Notes under the pieces: generated by a model
Seen by the model: the letters and a program-made list of their open reading frames with translations, nothing else
Database searches by the model: none
What the model was told of the DNA's origin: nothing
Translations under genes and position numbers: made by a program
Part shown: positions 1-11,143 of the stretch, piece after piece
Layout of the letters: every line of letters begins with the position of its first letter
Numbering within the stretch: position 1 is the first letter of the stretch
Assembly: GCF_001194135.2 (NCBI RefSeq)
Contig: NC_069001.1
Location: forward strand, 17,421,015-17,457,596
DNA: 36,582 nt
Reading direction: 5' to 3'
From: Octopus bimaculoides
Taxonomy: Eukaryota

Positions 1-290
1 GAGAATTCACAAAAACACAAAAGACGAAGACAAGTGGCGTAGATAAAAAACAGATGTATTAGTTTAATGTTCGGAAGTGAAAAGTATTTAACGTTTCGAG
101 CCTACGCTCTTCCACAGAAAGAAACAAAGAGAGAAAATAAAGAATGTGTAGTGGCTAGCGATCTATCATGGCGAGTGCCGGACAGAGGGGTCACACAGGA
201 GAGCTAGGGAGAATGGAAGATAATAAAGTAGTGAGGGTCCCAAAACGATGGTGCGCGTGCGTGTTTATAAGAGAGCATGTATGTGCGTAT
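1..290 (-). mobile_element. Penelope-like element terminal (pseudo-LTR) remnant
   Basis: Bases ~10-125 align by eye with 27865-27985 (gacgaagacaagtggcgtagat...gatgtattagt...acgtttcgagc-tacgctcttc-acagaaagaa). Carries a minimal hammerhead-like motif, which is typical of PLE termini. Confidence 0.55.
85..122 (-). ncRNA. Minimal type I hammerhead-like motif (core variant CUGUGGA)
   Basis: Minus strand reads tcttt-CTGTGGA-A-GAG-cgtagg-CTC-GAAA-C-GTT-aaata. Stem I has 1 mismatch, stem II is 3 bp, and stem III is the palindrome ACGU. Confidence 0.5.
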
Positions 291-391
291 GGAAGAGGGC
301 TGGTGACCTTGACGTGTGCGTGTGTGCGCATATATATATATATATATATATATATGCGCACTCACGCACAATGATTTCAAATTTCCCCTCA

Positions 392-512
392 ATGGCAGCA
401 ATTTTGGGGGATGACAAACTTTGAGGGGGTAAGTCGATTACATCGACCCCAGTGTTTCACTGGTACTTAATTTATCGACTCCGAAAAGATTGAAGGCAAA
501 GTCGACCTCGGT
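392..512 (-). mobile_element. tRNA-SINE family B, 3' fragment
   Basis: taagtcgattacatcgaccccagtg...ggtacttaatttatcgac...gaaggcaaagtcgacctcgg matches copies at 3958, 7010, 10525, 17785 and 25730. Confidence 0.75.
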
Positions 513-1221
513 TCTAATTACCACACATACACACAACACACACAAACTTGGTTTGCCCTCATGTGCCTTCTCTCGGTTCTCTCTGTCACCCTCAGCCGTA
601 TAGTTAGCTTAGTCCCGTTCAGCCGCGCCAATTTCGCCACTCCCACCTTTCATTCTATCCTCACTGTCTTCTTCAAGTGGCACTCGAAGAAGCTAATGAG
701 AGTCTGATTAATAGGAAAAACTTCACCCACAAATATTTCGACTGTATTTAACATAAATGTTTTTTTGTCATGGTTGTACAGACAACGAAAACATGCTTTT
801 CGTCGCCAAAGGAAAGGGGTAGGTCAATCTCCTCTACATAATCTGCAGATAAAGAGAGCTATTCCGCACGCGGTACCGTCACTTGGACATTAACCTACAA
901 ATCAACAATGCACGATCAATGAAAGAGAGCGCGCTTGTAATATTTCGTCTCGCTGCGCACACTGAGGACATGTTGGATTTCTGACGGCTCCAATCATAAG
1001 TGATCTTTGCTAGAAGCATATCTTATTCTACTATTTTCTATTGGCCCAGTGAGTGCATTTATGCATGACCAATTAAGTTGAAATTGTAGTTTCGTTAGAT
1101 AACAACCATTTTAGGGTGAAAAACATACAATTATTTTGTCTGACAGAATCATATTTCAACAACCACAGGGAGAATGATGTGTGAGGTGTAACTGAATAGA
1201 AAGACAAAGACATAGAGAGTG

Positions 1222-1652
<431 letters not shown>

Positions 1653-2296
1653 ATTAAGGAGATGAGTAAGTAGAGTCGTTATAGTGTTGACTACATTGCT
1701 CAGCGGTATGAGTCCAAACTCAATCATAATCCATTTTGCAGTTCATCCACTCAGGATCATTAAATGCATGGCAGAATTACTGAAGCGCTGGACTGGAGGT
1801 TTGCCAAATCTCTTCGTTCGAACAGTGATGACACTAATACCAAACAGTATTGGCCCTGGAGTGAGGCCTCTTTCCTTGGACAACAATGGCGGAGTGGGGG
1901 AGGAAGGACTAGTGTAGGCAGGCAACTGCCTATCATATTTAGAAAAACTTACTCAGAGCTGCGCATATTAGTGTGGACATGGTCAGTGAGGACTAGCAGA
2001 GGGCATACCAACCCACACCTACAAATCTACATGTGGAGAGAAGAGGAGAGAGAAAGTGAAGTGAGAAAAGAGACTGTAGACAGGCGCAAACAAAATAGAA
2101 CGTTCTGTCTGTCTGTCTCCATCCCTTCAAACAGACAGGCAAACAGACAGACAGACAGATGGATACAAACGTATTTTCTAGCGGATGACAAGTTCATAGG
2201 AAGATAGTAAGGATAAAGAACTCCAGTTCAAATATAAAAATCGTGTAAACCTTCTTTACACCTCTTGTCTTTTTCCCTTACGCACGCAGAAATGTA

Positions 2297-2512
2297 CGAG
2301 GTGGTGCTGAAAAGTCCCTGGCTTTAAGGGTGTCGCGAAAGGCCTGGTTTGAAGCCCAACTTTCCGAGTTCTTTTACGGGGATTAGCAAAGCTGAAGGAT
2401 CGATGCAATAAGTGTATGAATCTGGAAGGGGGATATGTTGAATACAATCATAATTAACTGGTCCTCCAGTATTTTCTTTTACCCAAGCCAGGAACTTTTC
2501 AGTACACCCTCG
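2297..2512. mobile_element. Mariner-derived MITE (216 bp)
   Basis: TA-CGAGGTGGTGCTGAAAAGTCCCTGGCTT at the left and AAGCCAGGAACTTTTCAGTACACCCTCG-TA at the right are imperfect TIRs with TA flanks. The interior encodes KLKDRCNKCMNLEGGYVE, which resembles a mariner transposase C-terminus. Confidence 0.85.
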
Positions 2513-2714
2513 TAATTGAGCGTGTGTCTGTTTTGAATGCTTGCCACTTAAAACAGCAAAGGATCAGATGGTAGTATACATATGATGACAATGATGATGA
2601 TGACGACGACAACGATGATGGATGTGATGATGATGATAATCATCATCTTCATTGTCGTCATCATCAACAACAACATTTAAGAACAACAGAAAAATAGATA
2701 AAGGTAAAACTTAC

Positions 2715-2982
2715 CAATAATTAAATGTGTTATGAAACTTCCTAGAACCACAAGACAACCCCACACATTGTGATTACATCTGGGGTCAGACGACGCCAAG
2801 GGTTTACTGCGGAAACAACTGCACAAAGATGGTGTCCACTTCTTACTGGTTGTAGTCTTTAATGGAGTGTCGTCATGGTGACAACATCCGTTTGCCGTCA
2901 ATGACGTGTACACCTGTTTATCCAACAGATCATAACTAGTCTCCTTGTCATAATCACTGACAGGTCTTTTCAAGGAATTCAT
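2715..2982 (-). CDS. First coding exon of an SLC16/monocarboxylate-transporter-like MFS protein (89 aa plus phase-1 G)
   Basis: The ORF is non-repetitive: MNSLKRP...CNHNVWGCLVVLGSFITHLII-G. Its end resembles the SLC16 TM1 motif (GWGWxVVxxSFxxHxxxG). A consensus donor G|GTAAGT lies at 2714-2709, immediately after TM1. No downstream exon was identified in the window. Confidence 0.7.
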
Positions 2983-3294
2983 ATTTTAAGAAGGAAGAAG
3001 AGCCTGGGAAATGGGATGCCTTGGCCTCTCACTTCCTAGCTTAGTAATGAACCTTGCTCTCCTTATTTTCTTTTCTCTTCACTCTTTCTCAATCTTACTA
3101 TTTTTCTCTTTATTTCTTAATTCTTTTCCCCCTACTCTTCTCTCTGAAATTCCTTCCTCTCACAAACAGAAACTCCCAATTCTTCTGTCTCGTTTTATGT
3201 TGCTTTTCTCACTAACTCGTCTTATCTCCTCATCTCTTTCTTTCTCTCTGTATGTATGTATATGTGCATATATATATATATATATATAATATAA

Positions 3295-3456
3295 NNNNNN
3301 NNNNNNNNNNNNNNNNNNNNNNNNNNNNNNNNNNNNNNNNNNNNNNNNNNNNNNNNNNNNNNNNNNNNNNNNNNNNNNNNNNNNNNNNNNNNNNNNNNNN
3401 NNNNNNNNNNNNNNNNNNNNNNNNNNNNNNNNNNNNNNNNNNNNNNNNNNNNNNNN
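3295..3456. other. Assembly gap (others at 4673-4682, 7208-7459, 8167-8958, 20372-20381, 26105-26211, 27818-27827, 35590-35890)
   Basis: Runs of N, mostly flanked by microsatellites. Confidence 1.
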
Positions 3457-3488
<32 letters not shown>

Positions 3489-3855
3489 CTGATCTCTATC
3501 AAGTAGAGAACAGATCTATATATGAGATTATCCAGGTTTGCTGCTCATCTTAATCACGTATATTCCTTAATCTCCACGGGATAAATATAGATATTTTTTT
3601 TTTTTCATGTGTGATTTGAAACCTTGATCTTCCGTTTACGTCCTTTCTAAATCCACTTTTGTTTTTCTTTTGTTGTCGATTGTTTTCTTATTTTCGTTTT
3701 GTTGTTGCTATTCTTCGTGTCTTGAACCGTGAAATTTAATACGTTCGTTCAACGATTGTGATTAATTTGAATTCCGATTCCTTGGACACATGTATTTTGT
3801 TCATTTCTCTCATTCTGACTGAATATCCAATACCTGAAAAAAATAACACAATATC

Positions 3856-3890
<35 letters not shown>

Positions 3891-3957
3891 AGAGATATTG
3901 AAAATCAAAGGAAGAAAACATATGTATAACAGCAATCTATTTTCGTTTTGTATCTGT

Positions 3958-4080
3958 TTGAGAGTCACTTTGCCTTTCATCGCTTCGGAGTTGATAAAAT
4001 AAGTACCAGTTAAGTGCTTGGGTCGATGTAATCGACTTACTCTTCCCTTCAAAAAACTGTTGCTCGTGTGCCAAAGTTCT
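3958..4080 (+). mobile_element. tRNA-SINE family B, 3' fragment
   Basis: actttgcctttcatcgcttcggagttgataaaataagtaccagt...gggtcgatgtaatcgactta matches the other family B copies. Confidence 0.75.
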
Positions 4081-4324
4081 ATCTATCTACAAATCTATCT
4101 ATTTATCTAATCCCCATTTATTTATGTATTTGTCTGTCTATCTACAGGTCCGTTTGTCTGTCTTCAAAACAATATTATTTTTCCATCAAAACAATATCTT
4201 TTTCCATCTGTCTTCCTATTTAACTAATCAATCACCAAATCAATATAAACAGGCCCCCTTCTACCCAACCATCTTTTTCTCACATCCACCCAGATTATTT
4301 CCACCCAATGTCGCTCTAAAAACT

Positions 4325-4420
4325 TAGTTCGAATCCAGACTATGACGAAAGACACCGCTCAGTGGGATCGAACGCGAAGCTTCTAGGTCGAGAAGCGAAA
4401 TTGTTAACCACTCAATCACA
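4325..4420 (-). mobile_element. Degenerate tRNA-derived SINE head
   Basis: The minus strand has a B-box-like GTTCGATCCC and a head similar to family A. It does not form a cloverleaf. Confidence 0.35.
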
Positions 4421-4631
4421 TTTATATTCATACAATAAAATAATACTGAAACAATTATTGACGAGATGTTCACGGCTGGAGAGGCTTTGGTCACAAGCCG
4501 ATAAGATCAAAGGAAAACATAACCGCCAGAACAGTCAGACCATTCTAGCGAATGCTTATAAAAATATCTTCTGTTTCACAAGTTCTCACATTTACCAACG
4601 ATACGATATTTGTTTATCTTACACACAGGCA

Positions 4632-4672
<41 letters not shown>

Positions 4673-4682
4673 NNNNNNNNNN

Positions 4683-4726
<44 letters not shown>

Positions 4727-5198
4727 ATAATAAGTTGCAGTGTGTTCTGAACCTTACAAATATTCTACAACACCCAACTTCCCTCAACACCTATCCAAAC
4801 CCTCTTCAAAGATCTTGCTTCCAATTTCATTTTCAAGGTTTTCAGAAAAAGAAAACGCCACTATTTCTAACTTCACACACATATACTGTATACACACACT
4901 TGTACTTGCATATAAAAATATGCCACAGTCTTGTCTCTTTCGACTACTTTTATTTACTTTTTAGATATTTTCGTTGCAGTTTCATTTCCTGCCTAATATC
5001 TATTTTTACAATTGTTCCATCCTGTTTGTTGCATATCTTGCACAATCGCTGATGTGCAGCATGTGCAATTTTTCGGACTGGCATATATATCAAATTGAAT
5101 AAAATAGAATCAACGAGGAGTACGGTTAGACAGCTATCTAATAAACACTACATATGTTTCGATACAACATAGATCCACATACACAAAGGATTTATAAA

Positions 5199-5229
<31 letters not shown>

Positions 5230-5234
5230 ATATA

Positions 5235-5597
5235 TGCGTGGCTGCGTGGTAAGTAGCTTGCTTACCAACCACATGGTTCCGGGTTCAGTGCCACTGCGTG
5301 GCACCTTGGGCAAGTGTCGGGCCAACCAAAGCCTTGTGAGTGGATTTGGTAGACGGAAATTGAAAGAAGCCCGACATATATATGTATATATATGTATGTG
5401 TGTGTATATGTTGTGTATCTGCGTTTTCCCCCCCAACATCGGTTGACAACCGATGCTGGTGTGTTTAGGTCCCCGTAACTTAGCGATAAAATAAGTACTA
5501 GGCCTACAAAAAATAAGTCCTGGGGTCGATTTGATTCGACTAAAGGCGGTGCTCCAGCATGGCCACAGTCAAATGACTGAAACAAGTAAAAGAAAGG
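5235..5597 (+). mobile_element. tRNA-SINE family A, near full length
   Basis: A-box-like TGGCTGCGTGG, B-box-like GGTTCAGTGCC, an internal (TA/TG) microsatellite and the tail gctccagcatggccacagtcaaatgactgaaacaagtaaaaga. Homologous to 15253, 18134, 28790 and 33757. Confidence 0.85.
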
Positions 5598-5649
5598 AAA
5601 AAGAATATATATATTCTAGATAAATATATTTCTACATTAGTTACAAAAT

Positions 5650-6300
5650 TAAAGCTTAATTTATGGTTCAATTCGTTCCAAGTGGTCGACTGGTTATTAA
5701 TTCTATTAATAACAAGAAGTGCATTAAGTTTATCCAGTTGGACATTTCTAGTTTCTATTCCTCTATCAACCCAATTGTACTCAACAAGGCACTCTGGCTT
5801 GCTCACAACAAAGCAGGGATGAAATTAATGTTGTGTCAGCTGCCAGAAAATCTATTATTAGATTTGATAACAAGCTGTGGGTCCGTAAAGATACGCCTGA
5901 CAGTTTTGATGCCACAATGGGAAGTTTTGATTCAGCACAAATCGCTGATTTGGTCGGTATATATATCCTTTATGAGATGGCTGACCAATTTCCAAACATC
6001 AAAGGAGGTCTATATTGCGATGATTGTCTACTCTACCTTCAAAATGCTTCTAACCAAAAATTACAAAGGGTTAAGAATAGCTTGGTTGAATTTTCCGAAA
6101 CATGAGCTTAAACATAGTTTTTGACGATGATATAACTAAAGCCAACTTTTTGGATATTACCCTTAACTTGCATAATGATTTATATTTCCCATTCCATAAA
6201 CCCTCAATTAATTTAAAACATTAGCTCTTTCAGTAATCACTCTAAGGCTATTACAAAGAATTCAGTTAGGAATATTTCACTTAGACTTTCTAGATATTCT
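5650..6300 (+). pseudogene. Penelope-like element reverse transcriptase fragment (frameshifted)
   Basis: Across frames it reads IQLDISSFYSSI, FDATMGSFDSAQIADLVGIYIL, GGLYCDDCLL (YRDD-like), NFLDITLNL..PFHKP and SNHSKAITKN..RLS. These are PLE-type RT and thumb motifs, broken by several frameshifts. Confidence 0.85.
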
Positions 6301-6344
6301 TTAATGTTGATATCTTCAATGATAAAGCTGAATTTTATAACTCT

Positions 6345-6390
6345 GCTCCAGCATGGCCGCAGTGTTATGACTGAAACAAGTAAAAGATAA
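6345..6390 (+). mobile_element. Family A SINE tail only
   Basis: gctccagcatggccgcagt..atgactgaaacaagtaaaaga. Confidence 0.65.
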
Positions 6391-6882
6391 GGTTTTAAAA
6401 AATAACTTATGAGACACCCCACATTTATACATTCAGCTGTATGACATATGTTATAACGAATTTTGGCCTTGATACCCTAGGTGCAGTCCACCCGATGAAC
6501 TTAACAGATACCACCCACCCAATTTCTTCCAAGTTATCGAGAGAACATCAGGGTGGTAACTGTGCCTTCTAGAAATAGCTACCCTATTCCTTTAAATCGC
6601 AGAAGGACATATACGATAACGTTGTCTTAGATATAGGGCCATACAGGAGTGTTATAAGTAGGACGCCTGTCAGTTTTAGATCTATTCTACCTGGGTGTCA
6701 AGGGCTAAAAAATAAATAAATAGAACAGCTAACACCATTACATGTAGATTAAGAGATTAGCGAAATTAAATCTTATTGACCGATTTATATAAAAGAGATT
6801 TGATGCTAAGTCAACTATTATTTACGGCTGTATGAGAAGGGATTAGAACCTAAATCTCAAATATCAATTCCTTAAGAAAACT

Positions 6883-6902
6883 ACTTCCGGGTATCACGTG
6901 AC
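6883..6902. promoter_or_regulatory. Adjacent ETS (ACTTCCGG) and E-box/CLEAR-like (TCACGTGAC) motifs
   Basis: Motif match only, about 3.9 kb upstream of the candidate transporter ATG. Confidence 0.2.
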
Positions 6903-7009
6903 AAACTGTTCTATATATCTATATTTTTTCTTTTCTTTTTTTTTTTCTCTCTATTTAGGTACCATTTTGGAAACATATAACGACAAAATGCTTAGCGACA
7001 TTTCATCTG

Positions 7010-7135
7010 TCTTCACGTTCTGGTCGACTTTGCTTTTAATCTTTTTGGGGTCAATAAAATAAGTATCAGTCGAGCATTGGGATCGATGTAATTGACTTAC
7101 CTCCCTTGAAATTTCTGGCCTTGTGGCAAATCCCT
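7010..7135 (+). mobile_element. tRNA-SINE family B fragment
   Basis: ggtcgactttgcttttaatctttttggggtcaataaaataagtatcag...gatcgatgtaattgactta. Confidence 0.7.
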
Positions 7136-7572
7136 CCCAGATTAAAGTTGTCGTCTATCTTTCGGAGATCAATAAATAAAGTACAAGTGTCCGACAGTGG
7201 ACTGTACNNNNNNNNNNNNNNNNNNNNNNNNNNNNNNNNNNNNNNNNNNNNNNNNNNNNNNNNNNNNNNNNNNNNNNNNNNNNNNNNNNNNNNNNNNNNN
7301 NNNNNNNNNNNNNNNNNNNNNNNNNNNNNNNNNNNNNNNNNNNNNNNNNNNNNNNNNNNNNNNNNNNNNNNNNNNNNNNNNNNNNNNNNNNNNNNNNNNN
7401 NNNNNNNNNNNNNNNNNNNNNNNNNNNNNNNNNNNNNNNNNNNNNNNNNNNNNNNNNNNATTATTATTATAATATTAGAGATAAAATCCAAAATTACGGG
7501 TAAAAACTCAATTAAAATCAATTTATAAAAAATTAAAATTAAATTGAGCTTTATAGATAAAATATATATAAA

Positions 7573-7681
7573 ATATATAGTTTTAGGGAAAGTGCTTTTA
7601 ATTGTTAATTTTTCTATATGTGATATTGGATTTTCATCGATGAGTTCTTGAAACGTGGTTATTTTCCCTAAAACTATATAT
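7573..7681. repeat. 19-bp perfect inverted repeat enclosing 71 bp (possible tiny MITE)
   Basis: atatatagttttagggaaa (7573-7591) pairs with tttccctaaaactatatat (7663-7681). Confidence 0.5.
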
Positions 7682-8134
7682 ATGCCACTTCACTGCATTA
7701 TTCATGGTTTACAGATCCCTAGCTTGAAATAATGACAATTAGTGAGGACCTGTCTTTGCCAACAGGATGGACAGGCTATGATTTTGTCCTTAGTAACCAA
7801 ACGAGCGCGAAATATCGGAGTTCGCGATTTGTTGTTTGCAACGGCCAGAAAGGAAATCAAGGATAATGAAAAACAAATTACGAATTGTCGGACCACATGT
7901 TTAGCATAGTTGTGCATAATTGTTTAGTTTAATTGTGGGTTACATTACTGAGAAAAGAACGCAATACTGACACTACAATCTAATTTACAACTCATATTGC
8001 GGCTGAAGGTGATTTCGAAGTTGTAGCGCAAAAAGAAACCTCGGGATGCGAAAATCACAATCAACCCTCTCTCCGTTTCTCCCCATCCATCTTCACACAT
8101 ATATATTTATGTGCGTTTGTAACTGCATGTGTTT

Positions 8135-8166
<32 letters not shown>

Positions 8167-9679
8167 NNNNNNNNNNNNNNNNNNNNNNNNNNNNNNNNNN
8201 NNNNNNNNNNNNNNNNNNNNNNNNNNNNNNNNNNNNNNNNNNNNNNNNNNNNNNNNNNNNNNNNNNNNNNNNNNNNNNNNNNNNNNNNNNNNNNNNNNNN
8301 NNNNNNNNNNNNNNNNNNNNNNNNNNNNNNNNNNNNNNNNNNNNNNNNNNNNNNNNNNNNNNNNNNNNNNNNNNNNNNNNNNNNNNNNNNNNNNNNNNNN
8401 NNNNNNNNNNNNNNNNNNNNNNNNNNNNNNNNNNNNNNNNNNNNNNNNNNNNNNNNNNNNNNNNNNNNNNNNNNNNNNNNNNNNNNNNNNNNNNNNNNNN
8501 NNNNNNNNNNNNNNNNNNNNNNNNNNNNNNNNNNNNNNNNNNNNNNNNNNNNNNNNNNNNNNNNNNNNNNNNNNNNNNNNNNNNNNNNNNNNNNNNNNNN
8601 NNNNNNNNNNNNNNNNNNNNNNNNNNNNNNNNNNNNNNNNNNNNNNNNNNNNNNNNNNNNNNNNNNNNNNNNNNNNNNNNNNNNNNNNNNNNNNNNNNNN
8701 NNNNNNNNNNNNNNNNNNNNNNNNNNNNNNNNNNNNNNNNNNNNNNNNNNNNNNNNNNNNNNNNNNNNNNNNNNNNNNNNNNNNNNNNNNNNNNNNNNNN
8801 NNNNNNNNNNNNNNNNNNNNNNNNNNNNNNNNNNNNNNNNNNNNNNNNNNNNNNNNNNNNNNNNNNNNNNNNNNNNNNNNNNNNNNNNNNNNNNNNNNNN
8901 NNNNNNNNNNNNNNNNNNNNNNNNNNNNNNNNNNNNNNNNNNNNNNNNNNNNNNNNNNCATGATGACGAAGACGACAATGATGACAATGATGACGAAAAC
9001 GACAACAAGGGTGACGATGGTGATGTTTAGCCCTAAGCCAGCCCAACGTGAGCAGAACTACGAATGAAAGAATTGCAGCTGTAATCAATCTGTCTCTTTT
9101 TATATCATTATCCGAGTTGACAACAGGGTATGATATAAGGGAGATTTGGCTATTTTCTCTAGCTGATCAAGTAACTTCCGCTGGCAAAATGATTAAACAG
9201 AAAAGTTGGGTAGTTTGAATAAGTCTGTCTGCCGTGAGGAGAAAAAGAAGATTTGGGACGTTTTGGAACTTAATCGATAAAAGACACAAAATATTTGTTT
9301 TCTATCTCTGACAAGGAGGCCAACATCAAGCACTGGACTCTTTTTCTTCAGACAATAGAGAAACTTCTTCAAACCAAAGAAAAGGCCAGGTAAAGCAATG
9401 TTGAAAAAAGGAGAGATAGAAAACCGGCAAACACGTATCAAATAGAGATTCTCAAAATGGTCGCACAATTTACAAGAAATAGAAGCCTGCTTTGTATCGT
9501 GTGATAAACTGCTATGTTAAGAAAGAAGCATCAGATAATGCTTTCCAATATATTTAGAATGTTTCTCACTAAAAGACTGTTTAGTCATGGCTGGAGTACA
9601 TTTAACATAAGTCTTCCTTCAAACATTTTACAAATAAAATTTACCCATTAAAGCATTCTCAAAAAAAAAAAAGATAACA

Positions 9680-10061
9680 TACATATACATATATTTATAC
9701 ATGTGTATGTGTGTGTATGCGCACGCATATATATATATATATACAGATATGTATATATATGAGTATGTGTGTGTATATATATATATACGTATATGTTTAT
9801 GTATTTAAATATACATGCATATATAGATTTAAATTTTATATATATATATATGTATTTGTATGTATTTATACATACATATGCATACAAGTATACATGTAAA
9901 TGTACATGTGTATACACACGATATGTATATACACACACACATATGAACGATATTATATGTGTATGTATCCGTATGTATGTGCACATACGTGTATATACAC
10001 ACGCACATATGCGCGCACGTACACAAACACACACAAGCACACACATACACACACGCACGCA

Positions 10062-10105
<44 letters not shown>
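9680..10105. repeat. Compound AT/GT/AC microsatellite tract
   Basis: Directly visible. Similar tracts occur at 18925-19130, 20100-20410, 25450-26320 and 28985-29086. Confidence 0.95.
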
Positions 10106-10106
<1 letters not shown>

Positions 10107-10524
10107 GCATCTATGTCAGAGGGGATTATTGTAAATTTTCTAATGAGAAACAGATTTAAATTATTAAATCCCCCTACTTAAGGCAAACATCAAAACGTGT
10201 CCTATTCATGATATTATGTCTGCGGTTTAGTTCCTTATTATAGGCAACTGATACCCTATCAGGTGTACACAGTCCTTTAGCAAGAAGGCAATGGGGTGAA
10301 CAGACCGTCAGACACTTGAAGATAAAAATAAAGGTGTAAAGGGCTACCTCGAAGTAAAATTGCTGTGCTGTGAGGTGGATGAGAGCTGCAAATAGCTTGC
10401 GTTTATGTGCATATTCTGAGGAGACACGTGTAGGTTGAGAGTGGGTGGGGGTGACGCTTGCAATTTAGTAGTGAAATTATTTTTATAGTTTCCCCAATTG
10501 GGTCTCTGTTTTACAACACATGCA

Positions 10525-10715
10525 TTCAAATTTTGGCACAAAGCCACCAATTTCGGGAAAAAGGGTTAACTTGGTTACACAGACCCCCAGTGCTCAACTA
10601 GTTCTTATTTTATCTACCATGAAAGGATGAAAAGCAAAGTCGACCTCGATGGGATTTGAACTCAGAACATGAAGACGGACGAAATGCCGCTTAACATTTT
10701 GCCGGGCGTGCCAAC
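10525..10715 (-). mobile_element. tRNA-SINE family B
   Basis: gaaaggatgaaaagcaaagtcgacctcgatgggatttgaactcagaac...gacgaaatgccgc matches 17785-17980 and 25730-25857. Confidence 0.8.
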
Positions 10716-10721
10716 AAATGC

Positions 10722-10967
10722 ATTTATGGTGCATTTTAGTAAAAAAAAGAGTAAGGAGTCGATATCCTCCACCATCATCACTACAAGAACTGGAGACAGT
10801 TTTAGCTGAAAAATGGACAAAAATTTCTTTGGAAAGAATTCAAACTTTGTACGAATCCATACCTCGTAGAATTTAAGCTGTAATTACTGCCAAAGGCGGT
10901 CCTACCCCATATTAAAATAAATCTGTTTGAAATTTTAAGGTGTTTCCATTATTTTGTCCAACCCCTG
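10722..10967 (+). mobile_element. Tc1-family transposon 3' end with right TIR
   Basis: Encodes RVRSRYPPPSSLQELETVLAEKWTKISLERIQTLYESIPRRI*AVITAKGGPTPY*, a Tc1 transposase C-terminus. It is followed by ggtgtttccattattttgtccaacccctg and TA. Confidence 0.8.
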
Positions 10968-11143
10968 TATTATCCTCGTTGACAGGTTGCTGATATGAAA
11001 TGAAGTGTTACATACTTTATAGTAAGCAAATTGTAGCTTCAGTTCTTTGAAACTATTGGATTCGGTGTGTATATAAACTGACTGGCTACTTATATAAGTC
11101 AAGTGAAATACCAATGATAAGAAGCTAGTAAGGCTGTTCCGTG

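Noticed and set aside
760-900. Candidate minus-strand acceptors for exon 2 of the transporter
   Set aside because: In-phase translations hit stops and show no SLC16-like sequence.
1764-2207. 147-aa plus-strand ORF
   Set aside because: It has no recognisable domain, its tail runs through AG/AGAC repeats, and it lies antisense within a probable intron.
7634-7660. TCGATGAG-ttctt-GAAACGTG hammerhead-like string
   Set aside because: The core is altered, G occupies the cleavage position, and there is no stem I.
8046-9088. Longest ORFs (275-331 aa), and similar ones at 3230, 7066, 25708 and 35455
   Set aside because: They are open only because they run through N gaps.
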